DNA of 64,000 nucleotides from NCBI GenBank assembly GCA_963777955.1, contig CAVZSQ010000022.1, forward strand, positions 96,001-160,000, written 5' to 3'. The position numbers were made by a program, and so were the translations under genes. Shown one piece after another: positions 29,234 to 39,105 of this stretch. Source of the DNA: Calditrichia bacterium (GTDB taxonomy: Bacteria > Calditrichota > Calditrichia > JAJRVZ01). The notes under the pieces are model-generated. The model was given only the letters and a program-made list of their open reading frames with translations. It was not told the origin of the DNA and ran no database searches. Position 1 is the stretch's first letter, and every line of letters begins with the position of its first letter.

Positions 29234-30733
29234 ATCAGGCGATATATAGAATTATCTATCCTGGCGGTTCTGATAATTTTTTATTCCGGTTGTAAAAAGG
29301 AACATGCTGCTGAGGATAAGAATGAAGTTATTTTAGCACGGGTTGGGGATAAAACCATATCGGTGGATGAGTTTGTACGCCGGGCCGAATATACCATTCG
29401 CCCGGATTACTGCCAGGGCCAGAATTATATTCATAAAAAGATTGTGCTGAATTCACTGATTGCCGAGAAAATGCTGGCTATGGAAGCAGGATCCGATAAC
29501 GAACTAAGCCGCAATGAGGAATTTCAGAATTATTTACGCGGCCGGAAAGAACAGGCCATGCGGCAATGGTATTATTATCAGGAAGCGTACAATGAGGTGA
29601 CTCCCGATACCGCAGAAATTAAAAAGGAATTCGCTGTGGCCGGAAGAACCTATAAGATTTCCTATTTCACCCTGCCACTTAACAACTCTCAGGAAAAAAT
29701 GCGTGAACGGTTAAAACATGATGCCACGGCCTTTGAAACGGTATTCAAAGAAATCGCCGGAGCAGAGAACACCCTGCCGCAAAAAGAGATCGGCTATGAT
29801 AAACCTGAAGATGAACAGATCTATGCACAATTGTTTTTTAATCCTGTACGGCAGGGACAGCTAATCGGTCCGCTGGAAACGGCTGATGGTACACAACTGG
29901 TTCTGCGTGTGGACGGCTGGAGCGATGATCTGGCACTGTCCGGTCAGCAAATTCAGGAGCGCTGGCGTACGGTTAAAGAAAATGTCACCAATCGTAGGCC
30001 TGGACATCTATGAGCGCAAAGTGCTGGATATTATGAAGGGCAAAAAAATAGAATTCAACCGGGATGTTTTTTTTAAGCTGGCCGAAATTGTGGCAGCGGA
30101 TTATTACAAAACTGAAGAGGAGAAGAAACAGAGTTTCAATAAAAAATTCTGGAACGAAGACCGCGACGAGATGGTACTCGATGACCGGTCCAGTCAACTG
30201 GAATCGATCCGGGATCAGCAACTTTTTACTGTCGATGGACAGGCCTGGACCGTGGGGGCCTTTGAGCGGGAATTACAATCTCATCCACTGGTCTTCCGTC
30301 AAAGGCGCTTTCCGCGAAACCGGTTTGCCGAACAATTTAAACTGGCTATTGTGGACATGGTCAGGGATAAATACATCACGGCAGCGGCTTATCAAAAGGG
30401 TTACGATAAGGTTGGAGCGGTCGAGCGGAATTCCCGGATGTGGCAGGATAACCTGTTAGCCCTGTATCAAAAGCATACCTACGTGAATTCTCTGAAGACG
30501 CAGGCTAAAGACCAGCTGCAAATTATTACCGAAGAACTGAATCCTTATGTCCAGGGACTCTTTTTAAAAAATATAGCGATGATATAAAAATTGATGTAAA
30601 GAAATTTGAAGAAATCCAACTAACCGGTGTGGACATGTTTGTGATCCAGCGTAATGTGCCATTTCCGGTGGTAGTTCCGGGTTTCCCGCAGTTGACTACG
30701 CATGACCGGCTGGATTACGGACAAAAAATGTGA
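29234..30733 (+). CDS. SurA/PrsA-like (PPIase-related) lipoprotein; frameshifts at ~29996 and ~30565; non-canonical start
   Basis: The frame of ORF 29363-30013 is open from 29222: IRRYIELSILAVLIIFYSGC (lipobox), VILARVGDKTISVDEF, LNSLIAEKMLAMEA, GQLIGPLET. Continues in 29886-30587, then a third frame KYSDDIKID...VVPGFPQLT...QKM, stop 30731-30733. Confidence 0.7.
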
Positions 30734-30865
30734 TGACCCACTCCATTCCCCCTCCCTGGTCCCCGAGCGGAGTCGAGGGGATAAGGGAGGGGGGTCAAGA
30801 ATAACCCACCCCATACCCCTCCCTTTCAGCCAAAAGGCTGAAAGGGAGGGGCTAGGGGAGGGTCA
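30734..30865. repeat. Two adjacent REP-like hairpin elements (degenerate copy with nested mini-REP; copy 2 of the 66-nt element)
   Basis: TGACCC..CCCCCTCCCT-[TCCCC-GAGCGGAGTCGA-GGGGA]-AGGGAGGGGGGTCA (30734-30797), followed by the 66-nt unit at 30800-30865. Confidence 0.85.
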
Positions 30866-30900
30866 GTGAGAAAACATGAAATATTTCATTGGAGCATATC

Positions 30901-32409
30901 ATGAACAAAATTCATTTCTTTTTATTTGCAATTTTAATTCTGTCATTCATTTCAGGCTGCAGTAATAAGCCCATGATGCAAAATTACTCGAAAGCCACGA
31001 TCCTGCAGACCTCCCGGGCGGGGGATAATTTAAAGAACACAGGGACATTTGAGTTAAGTGCAGCAGGACAAAGCGATAATATCCTGGTCGAGATTTTACC
31101 CGATCAAAAATATCAGCAGCTGGTCGGTTTCGGAGGAGCGTTTACCGAATCATCAGCCCAGGTATTAAAGCAATTAGATCAGGTCAAACGGGATGAAGTG
31201 ATCAGGGCATACTTCAGCCCGGCCGGGGCGGCCTATTCCCTGACCCGCACCCATATCAACAGTTGTGATTTTTCCCTGAATAATTATGCCTATGACAATA
31301 CACCCGGGGATGTCGAGCTGAAGGATTTCAGCATCAAGGAGGATATGGATGATCTGATCCCTCTGATTAAAGACGCCCTGGCGGTTGAAAAGGCTGATTT
31401 TAAAATAATCGCTTCACCCTGGACCGCTCCGCCCTGGATGAAAGATAATAATAATTGGAATAACGGATCATTGAAACCAGAATACTATCCGGCCTGGGCT
31501 CTGTACTTTTCCAGGTACATTAAAGCCTATGAAAAAGAGGGCATTCCGATCTGGGCGGTCACTGTTGAGAATGAACCGGAGGGTAATGGCGGAAATTGGG
31601 AAAGTATGATCTACACCCCCCGGCAAATGGCCGACTTTATAAAAGATCATCTGGGTCCGCAATTTGTCAAAGACAGTATCAAATCTGAAATCCTGATTTT
31701 TGATCACAACAGAGACCATGTCAAGGAATGGGCCGAGCAGATACTCAGTGATGCTGCTGTGGCCAAGTATGTATGGGGCACAGCGGTGCACTGGTACAGC
31801 AGTACGAATAACTGGTACCCCGAAACGCTGAACGAAGTGCACCAGAAATTTCCGGATAAACATTTACTGCATACTGAATCCTGTATAGATACCGAAGTGC
31901 CGGTCTGGCAGGATGACGCCTGGTACTGGAAAAAAGAAGCCACTGATTGGGGCTATGACTGGGCACCGGAAGCAGATAAACCCCTTCATCCCAAATATGT
32001 ACCGGTCTACCGTTATGCCTGCGATATCATCGGCGGCCTGAATAACTGGCTGACCGGCTGGGTGGATTGGAATATTGTGCTGGATGATAAAGGGGGTCCG
32101 AACCATGTCCGTAACTGGTGTATTGCACCGGTTATAGTTAAACCGGAAACAAAAGAGGTGTACTATACACCCCTTTATTATGTAATGTGTCATTTCAGTA
32201 AATATATGCGTCCTGGTGCCGTACGCCTCGGGATCAATAGCAGCAACGCAGATTTAATGATTACCGCCTGTCTGAATACGGATAACAGTATAGCCGCGGC
32301 TGTTTTAAATCGGACAGAAAATCCGGTTACTTATGATATAAAACTGTCCGGCAAGGTAACCACAGTCACTATTCCGGAAAATGCCCTGCAGACCATAGTC
32401 ATTCAATAA
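30901..32409 (+). CDS. GH30 glycoside hydrolase (probable beta-1,6-glucanase/debranching enzyme), lipoprotein
   Basis: Lipobox FISGC; GFGGAFTES, RTHINSCDFS, ASPWTAPPWMK, VENEP (acid/base), VHWY, HTESC (nucleophile), WVDWNIVLD..GGPNH. Confidence 0.9.
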   Translation: MNKIHFFLFAILILSFISGCSNKPMMQNYSKATILQTSRAGDNLKNTGTFELSAAGQSDNILVEILPDQKYQQLVGFGGAFTESSAQVLKQLDQVKRDEVIRAYFSPAGAAYSLTRTHINSCDFSLNNYAYDNTPGDVELKDFSIKEDMDDLIPLIKDALAVEKADFKIIASPWTAPPWMKDNNNWNNGSLKPEYYPAWALYFSRYIKAYEKEGIPIWAVTVENEPEGNGGNWESMIYTPRQMADFIKDHLGPQFVKDSIKSEILIFDHNRDHVKEWAEQILSDAAVAKYVWGTAVHWYSSTNNWYPETLNEVHQKFPDKHLLHTESCIDTEVPVWQDDAWYWKKEATDWGYDWAPEADKPLHPKYVPVYRYACDIIGGLNNWLTGWVDWNIVLDDKGGPNHVRNWCIAPVIVKPETKEVYYTPLYYVMCHFSKYMRPGAVRLGINSSNADLMITACLNTDNSIAAAVLNRTENPVTYDIKLSGKVTTVTIPENALQTIVIQ

Positions 32410-32444
32410 CCGGCTGCAGGATACTGCACAATGGGGAGGGAACT

Positions 32445-34652
32445 TTGAAAACGAATCACATCTTATCGGTTAAGGAAAAAATTGGATACGGACTTGGGGA
32501 TACGGCTTCGAATTTTTATTTCCAGATGTATATCAATTTCCTGCTTTTCTTTTATACTGATGTTTTTGGAATTCCGGCGGCAGTGGCCGGTACCCTGTTT
32601 CTGATTTCAAGAATCTGGGATGGTATCAATGATCCCATCATGGGCATGATCGCGGACCGCACCAACACCCGCTGGGGAAAATTCCGGCCCTATCTGCTGT
32701 GGATGATGCTGCCGCTGGCAATAATCGGTGTGATCATGTTCACCACACCTGATCTGTCGGTTAAAGGGAAAATTATATATGCCTACATCACCTATAATTT
32801 AATGATGATGGCTTATACCGCTATTAATATTCCTTATTCGGCCATGCTGGGCGTCCTTTCACCGGATACACAGCAAAGAACCAGCGCTTCGACCTACCGG
32901 TTTGTGCTGGCCTTTGTCGGTGCTCTGGTAGTGCAAAGTGCCACGCTGCCATTAGTCTATTCCATCGGCCGTGTGGACCAGGGCATAACCCTGGCTGATC
33001 ACACCTTGAGAATTCAGGAAGTTAATAACCGGACCGCCAGAATTATTGTGCAGGCTGATGACGGGATTAACCAGACCACGAATGAATTTTTAATCAACAT
33101 TGACCGGAAGGGCGAACAAAGTCCAATCGTAAAAACGCCGCTAAACGACAGAGTCTTTGAACAGGGTTTTAAAATCAGTGAAACGAATATATCAGCAGTT
33201 TTTAACGATCCGGATGGAGATAAGTTGACCTATGAAGTCAGGAACAAGAACGACGATGTGGTAGAAGCCTATTTAACCGATAGTATCCTGACCCTGGCCG
33301 AAAAAGGGATTGGTGTTTCAGAAATAACTCTAACGGCTCGTGATGGTCATTATGGTCAGACCAACGATTTGTTCACGGTTTACGTTAATGCCGCCGGAAA
33401 TCATGCCCCTGTACTGGCTAGTGCGATTGCCGATACACTATTTGACCTGGGAACCCCGGAGCGCACTATCAATTTATCCGGCAGATTCTCCGACCAGGAC
33501 GGGGACCAACTTAAGTATGAAGTGCAAGCGGAGAATGGTACTGCTGTCTCGGCCAAAGTTTCAGACGCAATGCTGACTTTTCAGCTGAATAAGGTTGGTA
33601 TATCAAAATTTATTTTAACTGCCAGTGATAATAAAGGCGGGGAAGCCCGGGATATATTTTTAGTAAAATGTTCATCAGGAAAAAATGATCCTCCGGCTGT
33701 CGCCATTCCTCTGCAGAATGTCAAACTGGCGGCAGGATTCAAAGAGTACTCGCTTGATATTGGCGGGACTTTCCAGGATCCGGACGGCGATCCGTTGACC
33801 TATTCTATCCGCAAGGTTGATGTGGCCAAAGGATTTCAATTCACTTTAATAATCTACGGTTTGCTGGCCTGTATTTTATTCTATTTTACATTTAGAATGA
33901 CCAAAGAACGCGTACAACCGCCTGTGGATCAAAAAACATCAATGAAGAATGATCTGAAAGATCTGGTTCATAACAGGCCCTGGATGGTCCTGCTGGTTAT
34001 GGGTATTTTCACCCTTGGGTATATTATTATTCGTTCCGGCACCATCATGTATTATTTTAAATATTATATTGAAAATGAGCTCCTGGCTTCTCTGTTCATG
34101 GTTAGCGGAACAGCGGCAGTCATCGCCGGCGTGGCCTGTACGGATTTTCTAGCGAGAATCCTGGGTAAGAAAAAATTATATTTGATCGTCATGGGCCTGT
34201 CCACTATTCTGACCATGCTTTTTTATTTTATTCCCAGGGAACAAATTGTACTGGTTTTTACAGTAAATATTATCCTGCAATTTATCATGGCTCCGCAGGC
34301 CCCCTTGCTCTGGGCTATGTATGCCGATACGGCTGATTATTCTGAATGGAAAAATGGTCGAAGAGCTACCGGTCTTATTTTTTCGGCAGCAACATTTGCG
34401 CAGAAATTTGGCATGGCGTTGGGCGGAGGACTGGCCGGCTGGCTGTTAGCCATGTTCGGGTTCCAGGCCAATGTTCAGCAAACTCCGGAAACTCTCAATG
34501 GTATTTGTCTGATGATGAGTTTTATACCGGCCGTCGGGACCATTATTGCCACCGTGTTTGCTTTTTTCTATGAGTTGGATGATAAGACCATGAAAAAAAT
34601 TGAAAAAGATCTGGCTGAGCGAAAAAGTCAATACGAAATAAAAACAAGTTGA
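32445..34652 (+). CDS. GPH-family (MelB/XylP-like) MFS glycoside:cation symporter with ~285-aa Ig/cadherin-like insertion
   Basis: KEKIGYGLGDTASN, FFYTDVFG, RIWDGINDPIMGMIADRTNTRWGKFRPY, INIPYSA, TKERV, WAMYADTADYSEWKNGRRATG, QKFG; insert at ~32970-33820 with three F.D.DGD.L.Y motifs. Confidence 0.92.
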   Translation: MKTNHILSVKEKIGYGLGDTASNFYFQMYINFLLFFYTDVFGIPAAVAGTLFLISRIWDGINDPIMGMIADRTNTRWGKFRPYLLWMMLPLAIIGVIMFTTPDLSVKGKIIYAYITYNLMMMAYTAINIPYSAMLGVLSPDTQQRTSASTYRFVLAFVGALVVQSATLPLVYSIGRVDQGITLADHTLRIQEVNNRTARIIVQADDGINQTTNEFLINIDRKGEQSPIVKTPLNDRVFEQGFKISETNISAVFNDPDGDKLTYEVRNKNDDVVEAYLTDSILTLAEKGIGVSEITLTARDGHYGQTNDLFTVYVNAAGNHAPVLASAIADTLFDLGTPERTINLSGRFSDQDGDQLKYEVQAENGTAVSAKVSDAMLTFQLNKVGISKFILTASDNKGGEARDIFLVKCSSGKNDPPAVAIPLQNVKLAAGFKEYSLDIGGTFQDPDGDPLTYSIRKVDVAKGFQFTLIIYGLLACILFYFTFRMTKERVQPPVDQKTSMKNDLKDLVHNRPWMVLLVMGIFTLGYIIIRSGTIMYYFKYYIENELLASLFMVSGTAAVIAGVACTDFLARILGKKKLYLIVMGLSTILTMLFYFIPREQIVLVFTVNIILQFIMAPQAPLLWAMYADTADYSEWKNGRRATGLIFSAATFAQKFGMALGGGLAGWLLAMFGFQANVQQTPETLNGICLMMSFIPAVGTIIATVFAFFYELDDKTMKKIEKDLAERKSQYEIKTS

Positions 34653-34687
34653 TAAATAATAACAGTGAATTTAAATCCGGGAGTCGT

Positions 34688-35479
34688 ATGAAAATTAAAT
34701 TATATTTTATCTGCCTGGTTTTGCTGTGCACGGCAACTTATTGCGGCAAGGGGTGGAAACTGGCCTGGTCGGATGAATTTAATTATACCGGCCTGCCGGA
34801 TTCCCTGAAGTGGGGATATGATGTCGGGGGGCATGGCTGGGGAAACCAGGAAAAACAGTATTACACTGAGAACCGCCTGGAAAATGCCCGGGTGGAGAAT
34901 GGCTTGCTTACCATTGAAGCCCGTAGAGATTTCTGGAATGAGCATGAATATACTTCGGTGCGCCTGGTCAGCAGGGGCAAGGGTGACTGGACCTGCGGGC
35001 GTTTTGAGATACGGGCAAAACTCCCCTCAGGCCGGGGAACCTGGCCGGCAATCTGGATGCTGCCTACGACCGGGAATTATGGCAGCGGCGGCTGGCCGGA
35101 TAACGGTGAAATTGATATCATGGAACATGTGGGTTATAATCCGGGAATGATCCATGGTTCTACTCATTGCCAGGCCTATTACTGGAAAAATCATAATCAA
35201 AAAACAGGTACTATCAAAGTCCCCGATGCCGAAACGGAATTTCACAATTATATCCTGGAATGGTATCCGCAGGAAATCAAGGTGTTTCTTGACGACAGTC
35301 TTTATTTTACCTCCAAAAACGAAGGTAGCGGTTGGCAGGTCTGGCCTTTTGATAAACCATTTCATTTGCTGCTAAATATTGCTGTCGGCGGCGCCTGGGG
35401 AGGGGTACAGGGAATAGACAGTACCATTTTTCCGCAAAGGATGGATGTGGATTACGTCCGGGTTTTCCAACAAGAATAA
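34688..35479 (+). CDS. GH16 laminarinase-type endo-beta-1,3-glucanase, exported/lipoprotein
   Basis: WKLAWSDEFN, GWGNQEKQYY, GRGTWPAIWML, WPDNGEIDIMEHVG, WPFDKPFHLLLNIAVGG; ATG 34688 after GGAG. Confidence 0.92.
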   Translation: MKIKLYFICLVLLCTATYCGKGWKLAWSDEFNYTGLPDSLKWGYDVGGHGWGNQEKQYYTENRLENARVENGLLTIEARRDFWNEHEYTSVRLVSRGKGDWTCGRFEIRAKLPSGRGTWPAIWMLPTTGNYGSGGWPDNGEIDIMEHVGYNPGMIHGSTHCQAYYWKNHNQKTGTIKVPDAETEFHNYILEWYPQEIKVFLDDSLYFTSKNEGSGWQVWPFDKPFHLLLNIAVGGAWGGVQGIDSTIFPQRMDVDYVRVFQQE

Positions 35480-35488
35480 TATGCTTTT

Positions 35489-38400
35489 ATGCAGAAGCAG
35501 ATCATTGCCGGCAAAGCCCCGCTTAAGAACAAATCCAAACCGGTCAAGGGCGGATATGTTGTTTTAGAAAATGAACTTTTCTACCGGATCGCCAATTATG
35601 ACTGCATGAATCCCTTCTTCATGAGTATCGTCAGCAATTCCGATCATTGGATGTTCATCTCGTCAAATGGTGCTCTCAGCGCAGGACGGAAAAATCCCGA
35701 TCACGCTTTATTCCCCTATTATACGGAAGACAAAATTCAGGACAGTGCCGGGATTACCGGCAGTAAGACCATTATTCGTCTTGAGGAAAAAGGGCGGGAT
35801 TTTTTATGGGAGCCCTTTTCCACCAGGTATCAGGGACTATACAATATTGACCGCAATATTTATAAAAATATATACGGTAATAAAATAGTTTTTGAAGAAA
35901 TAAATAATGACCTGAAACTCTGTTTTTCGTACACACTGGTTGAATAGCGAGCGGTTCGGCTTCATTAGAAAATCAAAAATCATAAATCTGGGCAGCAGAA
36001 ATGTAGCAGTTAACCTGTTGGATGGAATTCAGAATCTGTTGCCTTATGGTATCAGCCAGCGTTTCCAGGCAGACTATAGTACGCTGGCCGATGCCTATAG
36101 AAAAAATGAGTTAGAGCCTGCTGCCGGCCTGGGTATTTATTCATTAAGTTCCATCCCGGTAGACAAGGCCGAGCCCAGCGAAGCCTTAAAAGCCACCACG
36201 GTCTGGTCAGCTGGTATCCAGGTCAAGAATATACTGATCTCCTCAACTCAATTGGATTCATTCCGTAACGGTCTGGTGATTAAACAGGAGACCGATAAGC
36301 GGGCGGTTCGCGGAGCGTATTTGCTGAATATTGCGACCCGTCTTACGGTACATCAGGGAAAAACATGGTACATTGTAGCTGATGTCGATCAGGATGCAGC
36401 AGATGTCGCGGCCTTAACTCAAATGCTGGTTAGCAAAAAAAATCTGATCCAACAGATTGAAACAGATGTGGATCAGGGCACCGGGAATCTGATCAGCATG
36501 GTGGCCAACTCCGACGGACTGCAGAAATCGGCGGATAGATTAAGTACTTCCCGTCATTTTTCAAATGTGCTGTATAATATATCACGCGGCGGAGTGTTCT
36601 GTGATAATTATCAGATAAATACCGTGGACCTCAGATCATTTATCCATGAGGCCAATAAAAAAGTATTTAAGAAATTTCAGCATTACTTAAAAGGCCTGCC
36701 TGCAGCGATTGATTTCGGCGAGTTAATTAAGCAGGTTGATCAAAAACACGATCCCGATCTGCAGAGATTATGTTATGAATATCTGCCTTTGATCTTCAGC
36801 CGGCGCCATGGCGATCCCAGCCGGCCCTGGAACTGGTTTTCCATCGATATCAAGGATGAACAAGGGGAAAAAAATTTAAATTATCAGGGCAACTGGCGCG
36901 ACATTTTTCAAAACTGGGAAGCACTGGCCCTGTCATTCCCGGTCTATATCGAAAACATGATTTGTAAGTTTGTCAATGCCTCCACGCCCGATGGTTATAA
37001 TCCATACCGGGTCACCCGGGCCGGATTTGACTGGGAAGTGCTGGATCCGGCGGATGCCTGGTCCTATATCGGCTACTGGGGAGATCATCAGGTTATCTAT
37101 TTACTCAAGTTGCTGGAACTCTCGCGAAAATACCACCCCGGGAAATTAGAATATCTTTTAATCAGGGATATTTTTGTTTATGCCGATGTACCCTACCGTA
37201 TCAAAACATACCAGGAAATATTAGCGAATCCGCATAAAACCGTCGATTTTGACCGGGAGCAGGAGGATTTGGTCCGGCAGCGTGTAGAGGAAACCGGCAG
37301 CGATGGGAAACTATTGTGCAGCGGCCAGGGTAATATTTATCATGTCAATCTCGCCGAGAAACTATTGGTGCCCATTTTGACCAAGGTATCCAATTTTATT
37401 CCGGAAGCAGGAATCTGGATGAATACCCAGCGTCCCGAATGGAACGATGCGAACAATGCCCTGGTTGGTCACGGAGTATCGATGGTGACTTTATACTATC
37501 TGCGCCGGCACATATTATTCTGCCGCGACCTGTTTAATGCTTTTCAAACTGAAACTGTTCTGTTGTCCAGCGAGGTCAAGATCTGGTTTACCAGCATCTT
37601 CAGGGAATTGGAGCGACAAAAGTATTTATTGCAGAGCGCTGTCTCTGATAAAAACCGCAGAACCGTACTTGATCGGCTGGGTGAAGCAGCCAGCACTTAT
37701 CGCGCAAAAATTTATTCAAAGGGTTTCTCGGGGTACAGGTTAAAGGTCAAATCCGGACAACTGGTCAAATTTTGTGAATTAGTCCTGGCCTACATCGATC
37801 ATTCAATCCGGGCCAATAAGCGTGCAGATCAGTTGTATCATGCCTATAATCTGATGAAGACCGGAAAACAGAAAACCATCACTATCCGGCATCTGTATGA
37901 AATGCTGGAAGGGCAGGTGGCTATCCTGAGTTCCGGATTTCTGACGGCCAGGCAGGCGATTCAACTTTTGCGGGCGCTGAGAAACAGCAAACTCTATCGT
38001 GAAGATCAAAACACTTATATTCTGTATCCTGACCGCCAGTTACCCCGCTTCAGCAAGAAGAACAATATACCTGCCGGGGCCATTAAAAATCCGGCGTTAT
38101 TAAAAATCCTGCTGAACAGCAGGAATAAAATGATCATGAAACGGGATGCCAGGGGCGGACTTCATTTCAATGGCGCCTTCCGCAATGCTGCGGATCTGCG
38201 GCAGGCTCTGGACAGTATACGGCAAAATGATCCGCGGTCGCTCACTGCAGAGGATCTGGATCTTGTATTAAAAATATTTGAAGACATGTTTGATCATCAG
38301 TCTTTTACCGGAAGATCGGGAACGTTTTACAAGTACGAGGGTTTGGGCTGTATCTACTGGCATATGGTTTCCAAACTCCTGCTGGCCGTTCAGGAAAACT

Positions 38401-38945
38401 ATTATCGTGCTTTGCAGGTTAAAGAGGAAAAGGCCATCCTGGCGGAGTTAAGAGCATATTATTATGCCATCAGGGCCGGACTCGGCCTGGCCAAATCCCC
38501 CGACCTGTACGGCGGTTTTCCGACAGACCCCTACTCTCATACCCCCGGTCACACGGGAGCCCAGCAACCCGGAATGACCGGACAGGTGAAAGAAGATATT
38601 ATTTCCCGCTTTGCGGAACTGGGCATTATGATTCACGATGGGACGATCAGTTTTCATCCCGGATTGCTGCGCCGGGAAGAATTTCTGGTCGAATCCGGTT
38701 TGTTTTCATTTTTTGATGTTAACGGTAAGCGGCAAAGCATCCGGCTGGGATCAAAGTGTCTGGCTTTTACTCTGAACCAGGTGCCGATGGTGTATCATCT
38801 GTCCGAAACTGAAAAAATCGTCATGACCACCATCGCAAACAAAACGAAGACAATCCTGGGACTTACCCTTGACGGAAAATATTCTTTAGCCATTTTTAAT
38901 CGTGAAGGGAAGATCAAAAAACTGGATGTGTATTTAAAGTTTTGA
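35489..38945 (+). CDS. GH149-like beta-1,3-glucan phosphorylase (~1150 aa, cytoplasmic; frameshift ~35936)
   Basis: ORFs 35489-35947 and 35940-38945 join by removing one base; FSRRHGDPSRPWN, YQGNWRDIFQNWEAL, GIWMNTQRPEWNDANNALVG, FTGRSGTFYKYEGLG.IYWHMVSKLLLAV, FPTDPYSHTP..GAQQPGMTGQVKED; no signal peptide. Confidence 0.82.
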
Positions 38946-39105
38946 TTTGGTAATCGAGAAATTCACGAGTACGACGAAGTTACACGAAGATCCACGGTAA
39001 AGAATTTAAATTTTCTCGTGCACTGTAATTCTCTGAAACCATGAATTTTAATCCGGACCTCTAGCTAGAACAAAATTTGGTACATCGAGTTTGGTCAATT
39101 GGAAT

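Noticed and set aside
30560..30572. TTTTTAAAAAA as a programmed ribosomal frameshift
   Set aside because: Slippery-looking, but a homopolymer error is simpler given the many other indels; no stimulatory structure was evident. Not fully excluded.
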